NCBI GenBank assembly: GCA_038321985.1
Contig: JBBQFN010000002.1
Span: forward strand, 320,001 to 384,000
Reading direction: 5' to 3'
Length of the DNA stretch: 64,000 nucleotides
DNA from: Cyanophyceae cyanobacterium
GTDB taxonomy: Bacteria > Cyanobacteriota > Cyanobacteriia > Cyanobacteriales > Laspinemataceae
Positions 52,139 to 60,834 of this stretch are shown here, piece by piece. Positions within the stretch are counted from its first letter, which is position 1, and every line of letters starts with the position of its first letter. Below the pieces are notes generated by a model. It made no database searches. It was given only the letters and a program-made list of their open reading frames with translations, and was not told where the DNA came from. The position numbers and the translations under genes were made by a program.

Positions 52139-53476
52139 ATGGCTACAGAGGAAAGGGGGTTAGTGTTAGTGATTGACGATTCCGCCACCAACCTAGAACT
52201 GCTGTCGGATATGTTGACCGAAGTGGGGTATCAAGTCCTCTTGACAAAACAAGGTAAAAAAGGGATTGAATTCGCCCAGACAAAGCCAGTAGACCTAATT
52301 TTACTTGATATTATTATGCCGGGAATTGATGGGTTTCAAACCTGTGAAATTCTAAAAAATACTCCCGAAACCCTGGATATTCCGGTTATATTTATGACAG
52401 GAATATCCGATGATTTAGAAAAAGCTAAAGGATTAAGGTTAGGAGCGGTTGATTATATTACCAAACCTTTTTATAAAGATGAAATTTTAGCCCGAATTAA
52501 AATACATATTAAGTTGCGCCGCCTCACCCTCGAATTACTTCACGAAAAAGAATTTCTGGAGCACAGAGTCGAAGAAAGAACGGCAGAACTATCTCAAACT
52601 TTAGCGGAATTACAAAAAGCTCAACTCCAATTAGTTCGCGGTGAGAAACTCTCTTCTATTGGTGAGTTAGTAGCGGGGGTTGCTCATGAAATTAAAAATC
52701 CCCTCGGGTTTATTTCGGGCAATATTCAACTGGCAAGGGAAGGGGTGCATCATTTAATCGAATACTTGAAACTGTATCGTGAGCGATTTCCGAATCCAGG
52801 AGAAAAAATTGAGGAAAAAGGAATCGAAATTGATATCGATTATCTTTTACAGGATTTACCGAAAATGTTGGCTTCGATGAAGGTGGGGACCGATCGCATT
52901 GCGAACCTCAGTACCTCCCTGGGGACCTTTTGCCGTGCCGATACGACTGCTAAAGTTTTGGCGGATATCCATGATGGACTGGATAGCACCTTGATGATTT
53001 TACAGCATCGTCTCAAAGCAAGTCCCCAACGAGCAGAGATTAAAGTTATCAAAAAATACGGTCATCTTCCTCAGATTCACTGCTATCTCGGCCAACTGAA
53101 TCAAGTGTTTATGAATATTTTAGCCAATGCGATCGATGCTTTGGAGGAAGGCGATCGCATTGGCAAATTTAGTCTCCCTTCGAGTCTAATTCCACAAATT
53201 ATTATTGAAACCACTATAACCCTAGATCAATCAGAAATTGTGATTCAAATTACCGATAACGGCCCCGGGATTTCTGCCGAAGTGAAAGCGCAAATTTTTG
53301 ATTATTTGTTTACCACCAAGCCTGTAGGCAAAGGAACCGGCTTAGGGTTATCCATCGCATTGCAAATTATTAAAGAAGCCCAGGGGGGGCATTTAATTTG
53401 TCATTCTGAATTAGGAAGAGGGACGACCTTTGAAATTCGCCTTCCGATTGATTCTCCAAAAGCGATCGCTGAGTAA
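52139..53476 (+). CDS. Cytoplasmic hybrid histidine kinase (receiver + HisKA + HATPase)
   Basis: VIDD, LLDII, TKPF receiver motifs; AHEIKNP H-box; NAIDA, DNGPGI, GTGLGL. Confidence 0.93.
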   Translation: MATEERGLVLVIDDSATNLELLSDMLTEVGYQVLLTKQGKKGIEFAQTKPVDLILLDIIMPGIDGFQTCEILKNTPETLDIPVIFMTGISDDLEKAKGLRLGAVDYITKPFYKDEILARIKIHIKLRRLTLELLHEKEFLEHRVEERTAELSQTLAELQKAQLQLVRGEKLSSIGELVAGVAHEIKNPLGFISGNIQLAREGVHHLIEYLKLYRERFPNPGEKIEEKGIEIDIDYLLQDLPKMLASMKVGTDRIANLSTSLGTFCRADTTAKVLADIHDGLDSTLMILQHRLKASPQRAEIKVIKKYGHLPQIHCYLGQLNQVFMNILANAIDALEEGDRIGKFSLPSSLIPQIIIETTITLDQSEIVIQITDNGPGISAEVKAQIFDYLFTTKPVGKGTGLGLSIALQIIKEAQGGHLICHSELGRGTTFEIRLPIDSPKAIAE

Positions 53477-53571
53477 CCGGGTTTGCTCTGTACAGTCGGG
53501 GACTCAGCAGCCATAGATATTTAGAGGATTGTCTGATGAATCCGCGACTATATGATTATTTTACTACGGGT

Positions 53572-55824
53572 CTAGAAGTTGGTTAAATTTAATCTCTCCT
53601 TATATTCTAAATGGTTCAAAACTTCCGATCGCGATCGCCATACAGGACGCAATTGTTGATTGGCAAATAACTCTAATTGATCCGTTCTATGGGGGGAGTT
53701 GGGTTGGCTGGCATTTCCATAACTTAACACGGCTTTTGCTCGGACGGATGGGCTAAATTCGATGGCGGCAATATAAGAATCCCCGCCAATGGCTTCAAAC
53801 CGTCCATCTTCTGCCTCATCAAACCAGATGTTTCGGAACAGTCCCAGAAAGCCATAACCACCATTGGCAGGCAAGTCTATATCATCTAGGCGAAAGCGAA
53901 ACACTTCTCCCCAGGGGACATCTAATCTGCCGATGCGATCGCCGATTTCTATGGCAACTGCTTCTAAAACGGCAACGGCGCGATCGCTGTCGGCGAGTTG
54001 GGTTGGGGTGTCTAAGGGTGCATCGGGATTCCAGGGGATGACAAATAGTTCGGAGAGTTCCATTTCTGTTACCCAGAAGGCAAATAATACAGCCCCCTGA
54101 CTGTCCGCATTGGCATGACGATCCCAGCGACTGAGGACGTCAGCCGCTTGATGTGCTACGGTGGAATTGGTCTCTCTAGCCGCAGCAATCAAGTCATCCA
54201 GGATGCGATCGGCCAGTTCCATGCGCGTAGAATGTTTATACTCTATCAGTTGCTGGAAGCTGATTTTCTCTCGTTCGGTGAGCATTCGCACCGATCGCTG
54301 TGCTCTAAAAGACATTTCCGAGGGGGCAATATAGGACGGATAGTCTGACTGTGCGATCGCCCTGGGGAAGGTTGTACTCCAGGGTGGATCATTGGCATTT
54401 TGTAACCAGCCGGTGGGGGGATCTATTACACGGGGGAGGTCTTCGTAAGGGTGAATTTGTGTCCACAATGTCGCGGAAGTATCCCCGGGAAGAATCGCGA
54501 ATCCTTCTTCAAAAGTGCCGCCTTCTCTCACTGGAACCTGACCATTATACAGGTGCAGAATATGTCCCTGGCGATCGCCATAAATGATGTTAAACATGGG
54601 GATTTGCAGCGGTTTTAAGGCAGCTTCAAAGTCGGTGAGTTTTGTGGCGGTTGCCATATTCCACCACTCTTGTATCGCCCCAGGTGCGTCTAATCCCACT
54701 ACCCGCAGGGCGATCGCCTTGCCATCGGATTCTTCTACAATTGGTCCTTGTATAGACTGTTTTACGAGGAAGGGATACTCGGTCAAAGATCCATCTTCCT
54801 GTCTGATCCAGAGGGTTTTTTCTTGAGTGTCAAACTTTCTCACTTCCCCATCAAATCGATAACCCTCATCTTCTAAGGCAATTTCGTATAAATCCCAGCC
54901 TTTGTGTGTATTGACAGTATGCGCCCAACCTAGATGATCGTTAAATGCCATACTGAGTACGGGAATACCCACGAGGGCAACCCCAGAGGCATTGATTCCC
55001 GGGGCGTTGAGTTGAGCTTCATACCAGTGATACAGATCGGACCAAGGTAGATGGGGGTTGATTAACAGCAGGGTATGACCACTTTGCGATCGCGCGGGTG
55101 CGATCGCCCAGGCATTGGAACCTGGGGTTTCTTCGGGGGTGGGAAGCAGTTCCCTAATTTTTTCGGGATTGACGACAAAGGTAAAATTGAGCACCTGCTG
55201 AAGATGGGCTAAAATATCCACTCCGGTGACAGGTAGCACCCCTTTTACAGCTTCATCTAGGCGATCGCCCTGTTGTGTGGCGTAAGCATTAATTCCGGCA
55301 GCAAAGGCATCAAGATAGGTGCGAAATTCTGGCGTTTGGGCAGCGTACCACTGTTGGGCGCGGCTGGGAACTCCCATTGTATGTATCCAGCGATCGCTCT
55401 CTAAGTAGGTTTCTCCCCAATATTCTGCCCCACGTCCTCGGGCTTGACCGTATAATCGCAGTAATAAGTTGCCATGACTCTGCATTTGCGCCCAACCGAA
55501 GGCATAAAATAATTCTTGATGATTAGGGGCGTAAATATGGGGAATTCCATAAGTATCCCAGAGGATTTCTGTTAATTTAACCTCGGTTGATGGAGTGGTC
55601 GGGCTGATTGTCATAACACAAATTAGGCTTAATAAAAAGGCTAAAATTGAGCAGATTTTTTGTTTTATACGGAATCCGGGTATCAAAATTCGTTTAATTT
55701 GATCTGATTGTTCCCTCCCCTTGGCAAGGGGAGGGTTAGGGTGGGGTCCACTAAGTTGGGTTCCTTTTAACAGACCTATAACTACCGGATTTGGTATGAT
55801 AGAATGGAAACTAAAATAAAACAT
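53572..55824 (-). CDS. Ntn-hydrolase acylase, peptidase S45 family (glutaryl-7-ACA acylase / PvdQ-like), exported
   Basis: WDTYGIPHIYA alpha-chain start, beta-chain nucleophile motif G-SNAWAIAP...LLLINPHLPW, hydrophobic signal segment; 5' end carries an in-frame repeat insertion. Confidence 0.9.
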   Translation of the reverse strand: MFYFSFHSIIPNPVVIGLLKGTQLSGPHPNPPLAKGREQSDQIKRILIPGFRIKQKICSILAFLLSLICVMTISPTTPSTEVKLTEILWDTYGIPHIYAPNHQELFYAFGWAQMQSHGNLLLRLYGQARGRGAEYWGETYLESDRWIHTMGVPSRAQQWYAAQTPEFRTYLDAFAAGINAYATQQGDRLDEAVKGVLPVTGVDILAHLQQVLNFTFVVNPEKIRELLPTPEETPGSNAWAIAPARSQSGHTLLLINPHLPWSDLYHWYEAQLNAPGINASGVALVGIPVLSMAFNDHLGWAHTVNTHKGWDLYEIALEDEGYRFDGEVRKFDTQEKTLWIRQEDGSLTEYPFLVKQSIQGPIVEESDGKAIALRVVGLDAPGAIQEWWNMATATKLTDFEAALKPLQIPMFNIIYGDRQGHILHLYNGQVPVREGGTFEEGFAILPGDTSATLWTQIHPYEDLPRVIDPPTGWLQNANDPPWSTTFPRAIAQSDYPSYIAPSEMSFRAQRSVRMLTEREKISFQQLIEYKHSTRMELADRILDDLIAAARETNSTVAHQAADVLSRWDRHANADSQGAVLFAFWVTEMELSELFVIPWNPDAPLDTPTQLADSDRAVAVLEAVAIEIGDRIGRLDVPWGEVFRFRLDDIDLPANGGYGFLGLFRNIWFDEAEDGRFEAIGGDSYIAAIEFSPSVRAKAVLSYGNASQPNSPHRTDQLELFANQQLRPVWRSRSEVLNHLEYKERLNLTNF
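55667..55797. mobile_element. MITE-like element inserted in frame in the acylase 5' end
   Basis: AT|ACGGAATCCGG ... CCGGATTTGGT|AT imperfect terminal inverted repeats with an apparent AT duplication; central TCCCCTTG-G-CAAGGGGA hairpin followed by GGGTTAGGGTGGGG; net 129 bp. Confidence 0.65.
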
Positions 55825-55904
55825 GAAAATAAGCCACGTTTTTATAGAAATATCTAAACTAAATAAGTCGGCTTAGAGCCGATTGCTTCCGCTTGATCTA
55901 GCCT

Positions 55905-56882
55905 TCAAGATACCGGGGCTAATTTTTTACAGTCCGTGATTTCTATCCCTTGAACCTGATAATTCATCACCGTCTCTTGATAATCCCCCACACAAGATTC
56001 GGGTAATTCCATCAAGGTACTTTCATCCCCAATCACATCCGCTTGATAAAGGGTTACTTTTTCCTCCGTTTCCACTTCTAGTTCCACTCGATAAGAAAAA
56101 GTCTCAGGAATTTCCTTTAAAATCCGCCCTTTCATGGCAAAATTGAAGCCCTGCCACCCCCAGTCTTTGAATAGTTCTTTTTCTAACAGTTGCAGAGGTT
56201 TGGGTAAAATGCCCCAACCGCGATAGGCGGGGTATAAGTCATGAGTCGAACCTGACTGTATGAGTAAAGATTGTAAAGCAACCGAGTCTAATTGACCATA
56301 ATAGCGGCCATCGGGAAAGGCGATCGCAATAGGTGCGAAGCGATGGCCGCCGATATGACTGGTTTGCCAAATCCGCACATCTGTTAAAGATAAATCCTCA
56401 ATCATCTTTAAACCTTGGCGATATAAAGGATTCCCATATCGCGCACAACATCGGTCGTTTTGTCCGTGGGTGCAGATTAAAATATCTCTAGTTTTGATGG
56501 GGTTTGCTTCCCATTCTCCTGGGCAAGTGCTAAAGCAAGTTTGGGCAAGGGAGGCTACTTCATTAATATCAGAAAGAAGGAATTCTTGACCGATGTAGCC
56601 CCGAGAACATCCGGCTGGTTTCTGAAAGGCTAAGACGCGGATAGTATTTTCTGTGTGATACAGGGGATTATAAATTAAAAGAATTCTATTTTTAATCGGC
56701 TTATTTTCATAAATTTCATCTCCGACGGCCCGGAGATTATCGGGAATTGTAGGCGTTTCTAAGTCATACGAGTTCCACGGGGGCGGACATTCTACCAATA
56801 GATAATTATCATAGGTTAAAGCGGTGCCGCTTAAGGAATTACCAGCTTGGCGAGTTAATTCTGAACAAGAAATAGTGTTCAT
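55905..56882 (-). CDS. Sucrase/ferredoxin-like (Apd1/Aim32-type) thioredoxin-like [2Fe-2S] protein
   Basis: ILICTHGQNDRCCARYG ... WQTSHIGGHRFAP (C-x8-C ... H-x-G-G-H). Confidence 0.88.
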   Translation of the reverse strand: MNTISCSELTRQAGNSLSGTALTYDNYLLVECPPPWNSYDLETPTIPDNLRAVGDEIYENKPIKNRILLIYNPLYHTENTIRVLAFQKPAGCSRGYIGQEFLLSDINEVASLAQTCFSTCPGEWEANPIKTRDILICTHGQNDRCCARYGNPLYRQGLKMIEDLSLTDVRIWQTSHIGGHRFAPIAIAFPDGRYYGQLDSVALQSLLIQSGSTHDLYPAYRGWGILPKPLQLLEKELFKDWGWQGFNFAMKGRILKEIPETFSYRVELEVETEEKVTLYQADVIGDESTLMELPESCVGDYQETVMNYQVQGIEITDCKKLAPVS

Positions 56883-56888
56883 AGTAAG

Positions 56889-57719
56889 CTAAGATTGAGG
56901 AACATCCACAGGCATCGGGGTATTCCCGATATAGGCATAGGGAAAACATAGAGGAATGCCGGTTTCGGGTTCCAGGGTGACTCGGGCGCGGACTCCGAAT
57001 GCTTCGGCTAAAAGTTCGGGGGTTAAGACCCGACTAGGGATGTCATCGGCGATAATGTATCCCCGTTTGAGGACGACCATGCGATCGCTATAACGGGCGG
57101 CTTGATTGAGGTCATGGAGGACTAAAATAATCGTCATCCCCCGATCGCGATTCAGTTGTCGGACGATTTCTAATACTTCTAGTTGATGTCCAATATCTAA
57201 AAAGCTAGTCGGTTCATCTAATAATAAAAGGGGCGTTCCTTGGGCTAAAGAAAGGGAAATCCAGGCCCGTTGTCGTTCCCCTCCCGAGAGATTATCCAGA
57301 CGCCGATGGGCAAATTCGCTCATGCCGGTGAGAGTCAGTGCCTCGGCGATCGCCGAACGGTCCTGGGGACGTAACCTTTGCAAAGGTCCAACATGGGGAA
57401 ACCGTCCCTGTTCCACTAATTCGGCTACCGTTAATCCGGGAGGGGCGATAGGATTTTGGGGCAGAATTGCCAGTTGACGGGCAATCTCGCGGGTGGAAAG
57501 GTGCTTGAGTGCGACCCCATTCAAATAGACTTTTCCGCTACTGGGGGACAATAATCGGGCTAAGGTTTTTAAAAGGGTAGATTTTCCCGAACCGTTGGGT
57601 CCGACTAATGCCGTCACTTTCCCCCGTTCAATCTCGATGGACAGGTTCTTGAGGATAGTCTGGTTACTGTAACCGACTTGTAGATCTTCGGCGGCGAGAA
57701 TCGGGGGGTTGATTGACAT
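56889..57719 (-). CDS. Iron-siderophore ABC transporter ATP-binding protein (FecE/FhuC type)
   Basis: GPNGSGKS, LSGGERQR, LLDEPTSFLDIGHQ, VLHDLNQAARY. Confidence 0.93.
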   Translation of the reverse strand: MSINPPILAAEDLQVGYSNQTILKNLSIEIERGKVTALVGPNGSGKSTLLKTLARLLSPSSGKVYLNGVALKHLSTREIARQLAILPQNPIAPPGLTVAELVEQGRFPHVGPLQRLRPQDRSAIAEALTLTGMSEFAHRRLDNLSGGERQRAWISLSLAQGTPLLLLDEPTSFLDIGHQLEVLEIVRQLNRDRGMTIILVLHDLNQAARYSDRMVVLKRGYIIADDIPSRVLTPELLAEAFGVRARVTLEPETGIPLCFPYAYIGNTPMPVDVPQS

Positions 57720-57724
57720 AGTTG

Positions 57725-58804
57725 TTATATTGACCCCATCGGGTTTTTTCTCAGAACTAGATACAAAAAGAAGGGTGCGCCTAAAAGTGCGGTAACTGCA
57801 CCAACCGGGAGGGCCGCTTCATGATTGCCAAAGGTGAGGGTGAGAACTTGGGCTAATAAATCTGCTCCTAAGAGTAAAAGGGCGGTGATGGCGGTACACA
57901 GAGGAAACAAGCGTCTGGCATCGTTCCCGACCCATTGACGGGCTAAATGCGGGCCGATTAAGCCGATAAAGCCGACGGCACCCACGACGGATACCGCAGT
58001 CGCACTTAACCATACCGCGATGAAAAATAAGGCCGCTCTGGCTTGGCCGATGGGGACTCCCAATCCCGCAGCAATATCATCGCCCAGATTTAGCACATTG
58101 GCAACCCGGGCACAGGCGAGTCCTACGGGTAAGGCAATGATGGCGATCGGCCAAATCCCCTGCCAATGGACCCAGATGCGCCCGTTTAGAGACCCAATTA
58201 GCCAGAATAAAATGGTGCCTAGAGATTCTTCATCCAATAATAACAGTAAGGAATTAAAGGACTGGACGATCGCCGCGACAACTGCTCCATTTAAGACCAG
58301 TTGTAAAGGGTCGCTGGGACGATTGGGTTGCCGACTCAGGAAGTAGACGATACTGCTGGTTAGACATCCTCCCACGAGGGCGACTGCCGGGAACCAAACC
58401 GGAGGAATTAACCCCTCGGGTAAGAAAGTGAGAGAACCAATTAAGAATAATACCGCCCCGGAGGTGACTCCGGTGAGACTCGGTTCCGCTAAGGGGTTGC
58501 GGATAATCGCCTGTAACATGGCCCCGGAGAGTCCAAATAAGGCCCCAGCAAGGGTGGCGACTGCCGCTCGGGGAACTCGCAATTCCCAGACAATCCGACT
58601 GTGAACCGCTTGGATGGGGTGATTCACTAAAGCGGCGACGGCTTCAGTAGGGGAAAGGGTGCCACTGCCCACACAGACGTGTAAGACAAAAACCACCCCC
58701 AGGGCGAGGGTGACTACCATCATGGACTGAGAGAAACTGACGGTATCGGCTTTCGTTGCTTTGATTCCCCTTGCTGGTAACACCGAGGGTTCTTGTAGTT
58801 TCAT
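57725..58804 (-). CDS. Iron-siderophore ABC transporter permease (FecCD family)
   Basis: LRVPR, RNPLAEP..GV..GA, LGDD.A.GLG, GFIGLIGPH, PVGAVTALLGAPFF. Confidence 0.93.
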   Translation of the reverse strand: MKLQEPSVLPARGIKATKADTVSFSQSMMVVTLALGVVFVLHVCVGSGTLSPTEAVAALVNHPIQAVHSRIVWELRVPRAAVATLAGALFGLSGAMLQAIIRNPLAEPSLTGVTSGAVLFLIGSLTFLPEGLIPPVWFPAVALVGGCLTSSIVYFLSRQPNRPSDPLQLVLNGAVVAAIVQSFNSLLLLLDEESLGTILFWLIGSLNGRIWVHWQGIWPIAIIALPVGLACARVANVLNLGDDIAAGLGVPIGQARAALFFIAVWLSATAVSVVGAVGFIGLIGPHLARQWVGNDARRLFPLCTAITALLLLGADLLAQVLTLTFGNHEAALPVGAVTALLGAPFFLYLVLRKNPMGSI

Positions 58805-59832
58805 TATCCCCTCTTCCGGATCTGTTGTTGCAGTAGCACTAATAAAGCGGGACCCCCGAGCAGGGTGGTCCAGACTCCTACAGGCATTTCCATGGGTGCA
58901 AACGCTTCCCGTGCAAGCAAATCCGCGCCCACGAGTAAGACGGCCCCGAGGGGAATGGCTAGGACTAGAACTTGCCTTGCATCGGTGGTTCCTAATAGGT
59001 TGCGTGAGAGGTGAGGGGCGAGCAAGGCGATATAGGCGATCGGGCCACAGGTGGCGATCGCGGGGGCGACAAGCACTACACTCAATACCCCAATGGCAAA
59101 GCGGGTGGGTAACACTTTTAACCCCAGTCCCTCCGCCAGTTCATCTCCGAGTTGCAGAAGATTCAGGGGACGGGCGCACATCAGGGCGAGGGGAATGCCC
59201 ACGAGGGCCCAAGATGAGACAATCTGTACTTCGTCCCAAGTGCGACCGGCTAGACTGCCCAACAAGTATAAAAACAACAGGCTGACGCTACTGGTAGAAC
59301 CTAGGCTAATCAAGGCAATCGTTACCGCGTTCAATAGGGCGGTCATTGCCGCACCAATCAAGACGAGACGGACCGGATCCGAGGTGCGTTTGGAGGAGAG
59401 TAAGACGATCGCCCCACCGATGACACCCCCGACTAAGGCGAGTAAGGGATAGACCGAAATAGGGACCGGCAGATTTAAAACAACAAGCGCCGCCATCACC
59501 GCTGCTGCTCCGGACTGGACCCCCAGTAGTTCCGGCCCAGCGAGTACATTCCGCAAGGCGTTTTGGAGAAGGACTCCAGCTAGGGCTAAGAGTGCCCCGG
59601 TAAGACTGCCGAGGATGAGGCGCGGCAAGCGTAATTCCCAGAAAACCAGACGGGGAAGCCTTCCCCCTTGTCCCCCTACGGTAATCTCCCACAACTGAGA
59701 TAAGTTGAGGGTCGGGTTACCCAGTTGCAGGGAAAGCAGGGCGATTGCCAAGAGTATTACACTGAGTACGGCAAGGGTAACCCCGAATCGAGAAGGCTTA
59801 AGGAGAGTCGGGTCCGGGTAAGGCGCACTCAT
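58804..59832 (-). CDS. Iron-siderophore ABC transporter permease (FecCD family)
   Basis: LRLPR, RNVLAGP..GV..GA, LGDELAEGLG, APH, EMPVG. Confidence 0.93.
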   Translation of the reverse strand: MSAPYPDPTLLKPSRFGVTLAVLSVILLAIALLSLQLGNPTLNLSQLWEITVGGQGGRLPRLVFWELRLPRLILGSLTGALLALAGVLLQNALRNVLAGPELLGVQSGAAAVMAALVVLNLPVPISVYPLLALVGGVIGGAIVLLSSKRTSDPVRLVLIGAAMTALLNAVTIALISLGSTSSVSLLFLYLLGSLAGRTWDEVQIVSSWALVGIPLALMCARPLNLLQLGDELAEGLGLKVLPTRFAIGVLSVVLVAPAIATCGPIAYIALLAPHLSRNLLGTTDARQVLVLAIPLGAVLLVGADLLAREAFAPMEMPVGVWTTLLGGPALLVLLQQQIRKRG

Positions 59833-60827
59833 GTTACAGGTTCCGGAAAAACTTCCGGATACATTGTGGGCAGAATCTCGTCTAGTAACTGGCCTAGCGA
59901 TCGCGTGCCGCTGGTAAACCCCCCAATTTGGTCTTCATCTAAGGCATAGACTTGATCTCGTTGTACCGATTTGAGTGCTTGCCACAGACGATGGGTTTTT
60001 AAACCCGAAATCAAATCCGGGGCGCGGGAATTGTTGATAATGAAAATGAAATCTGGATCGATAGAGAGGATTTCCTCAAAGGAGTAAGTCGCCCAATTAA
60101 TGGCGCTGGGAGAGCGATCGCCCAGCCGCCAGGGATAGGGAGTGAGTTCAGCCAGGGTAGAACCGACGAGGGATTCTGCGGTGGCGACATGAAAGGCACT
60201 CGGGGTTCCGCGCATTACCATCACGGTTTGATTTCGGGGGGATTTGGTTCGATACACCTTGAGTTTATCCAGAAATTGCCAAGCTGCTGCTTCTGCTTTT
60301 TCTTCCTCCCCCAGTAGTTTCCCCACCGCCTGGAGATTGGCGATCGCATCGGTGTAATTTTCGACCTTGACCAGATATAAGGGGGTAATCGCTTCTAAGG
60401 TTTGTCGCTGATTGGAAAGCTGGCTTTGATGTCCCAGGGTTAAGTCCGGTTCGAGGGCGAGTAACTGTTCTAAGTTGGGTTCCCCTCGACCACTAATTTT
60501 TCCGAAACTCTGGGCGCGATCGCCAAAGTACACCGGACTGACCGCAAAATCGGTTAAAACCCCATATATCCCCACGGGTTCGCGGTCAAGTTCGGCCAAG
60601 ATATCGATACAGCTTAAATGCAAACAGACGAGGCGATCGGGGGATTCCCTCACCTGCACCGCTGTTCCTGTGGCATCGGTGAAAGTCTGGACCTTTCCCG
60701 TTGTCAAGGCCAAGTTGATCTCCCCTCTAGTTCCCACGGAATTTTGAGCGACAAAATCAGCCCCACAGGCCATTAAAACTGTCACTAATAACCCGGAATA
60801 CAGTACCCTGGCGATCGCTTCCCTCAT
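59829..60827 (-). CDS. Iron-siderophore ABC transporter substrate-binding lipoprotein (FecB/FhuD type)
   Basis: Lipobox LMAC, TDATG..V....P.RLVCL, PNLEQLLALEPDL, WQALKSV...QVY. Confidence 0.9.
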   Translation of the reverse strand: MREAIARVLYSGLLVTVLMACGADFVAQNSVGTRGEINLALTTGKVQTFTDATGTAVQVRESPDRLVCLHLSCIDILAELDREPVGIYGVLTDFAVSPVYFGDRAQSFGKISGRGEPNLEQLLALEPDLTLGHQSQLSNQRQTLEAITPLYLVKVENYTDAIANLQAVGKLLGEEEKAEAAAWQFLDKLKVYRTKSPRNQTVMVMRGTPSAFHVATAESLVGSTLAELTPYPWRLGDRSPSAINWATYSFEEILSIDPDFIFIINNSRAPDLISGLKTHRLWQALKSVQRDQVYALDEDQIGGFTSGTRSLGQLLDEILPTMYPEVFPEPVT

Positions 60828-60834
60828 CGGTGGC

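Noticed and set aside
53572..55824. Definite quorum-quenching AHL acylase call
   Set aside because: S45 substrate cannot be read from sequence, and the genomic context points to iron uptake; left as an alternative hypothesis.
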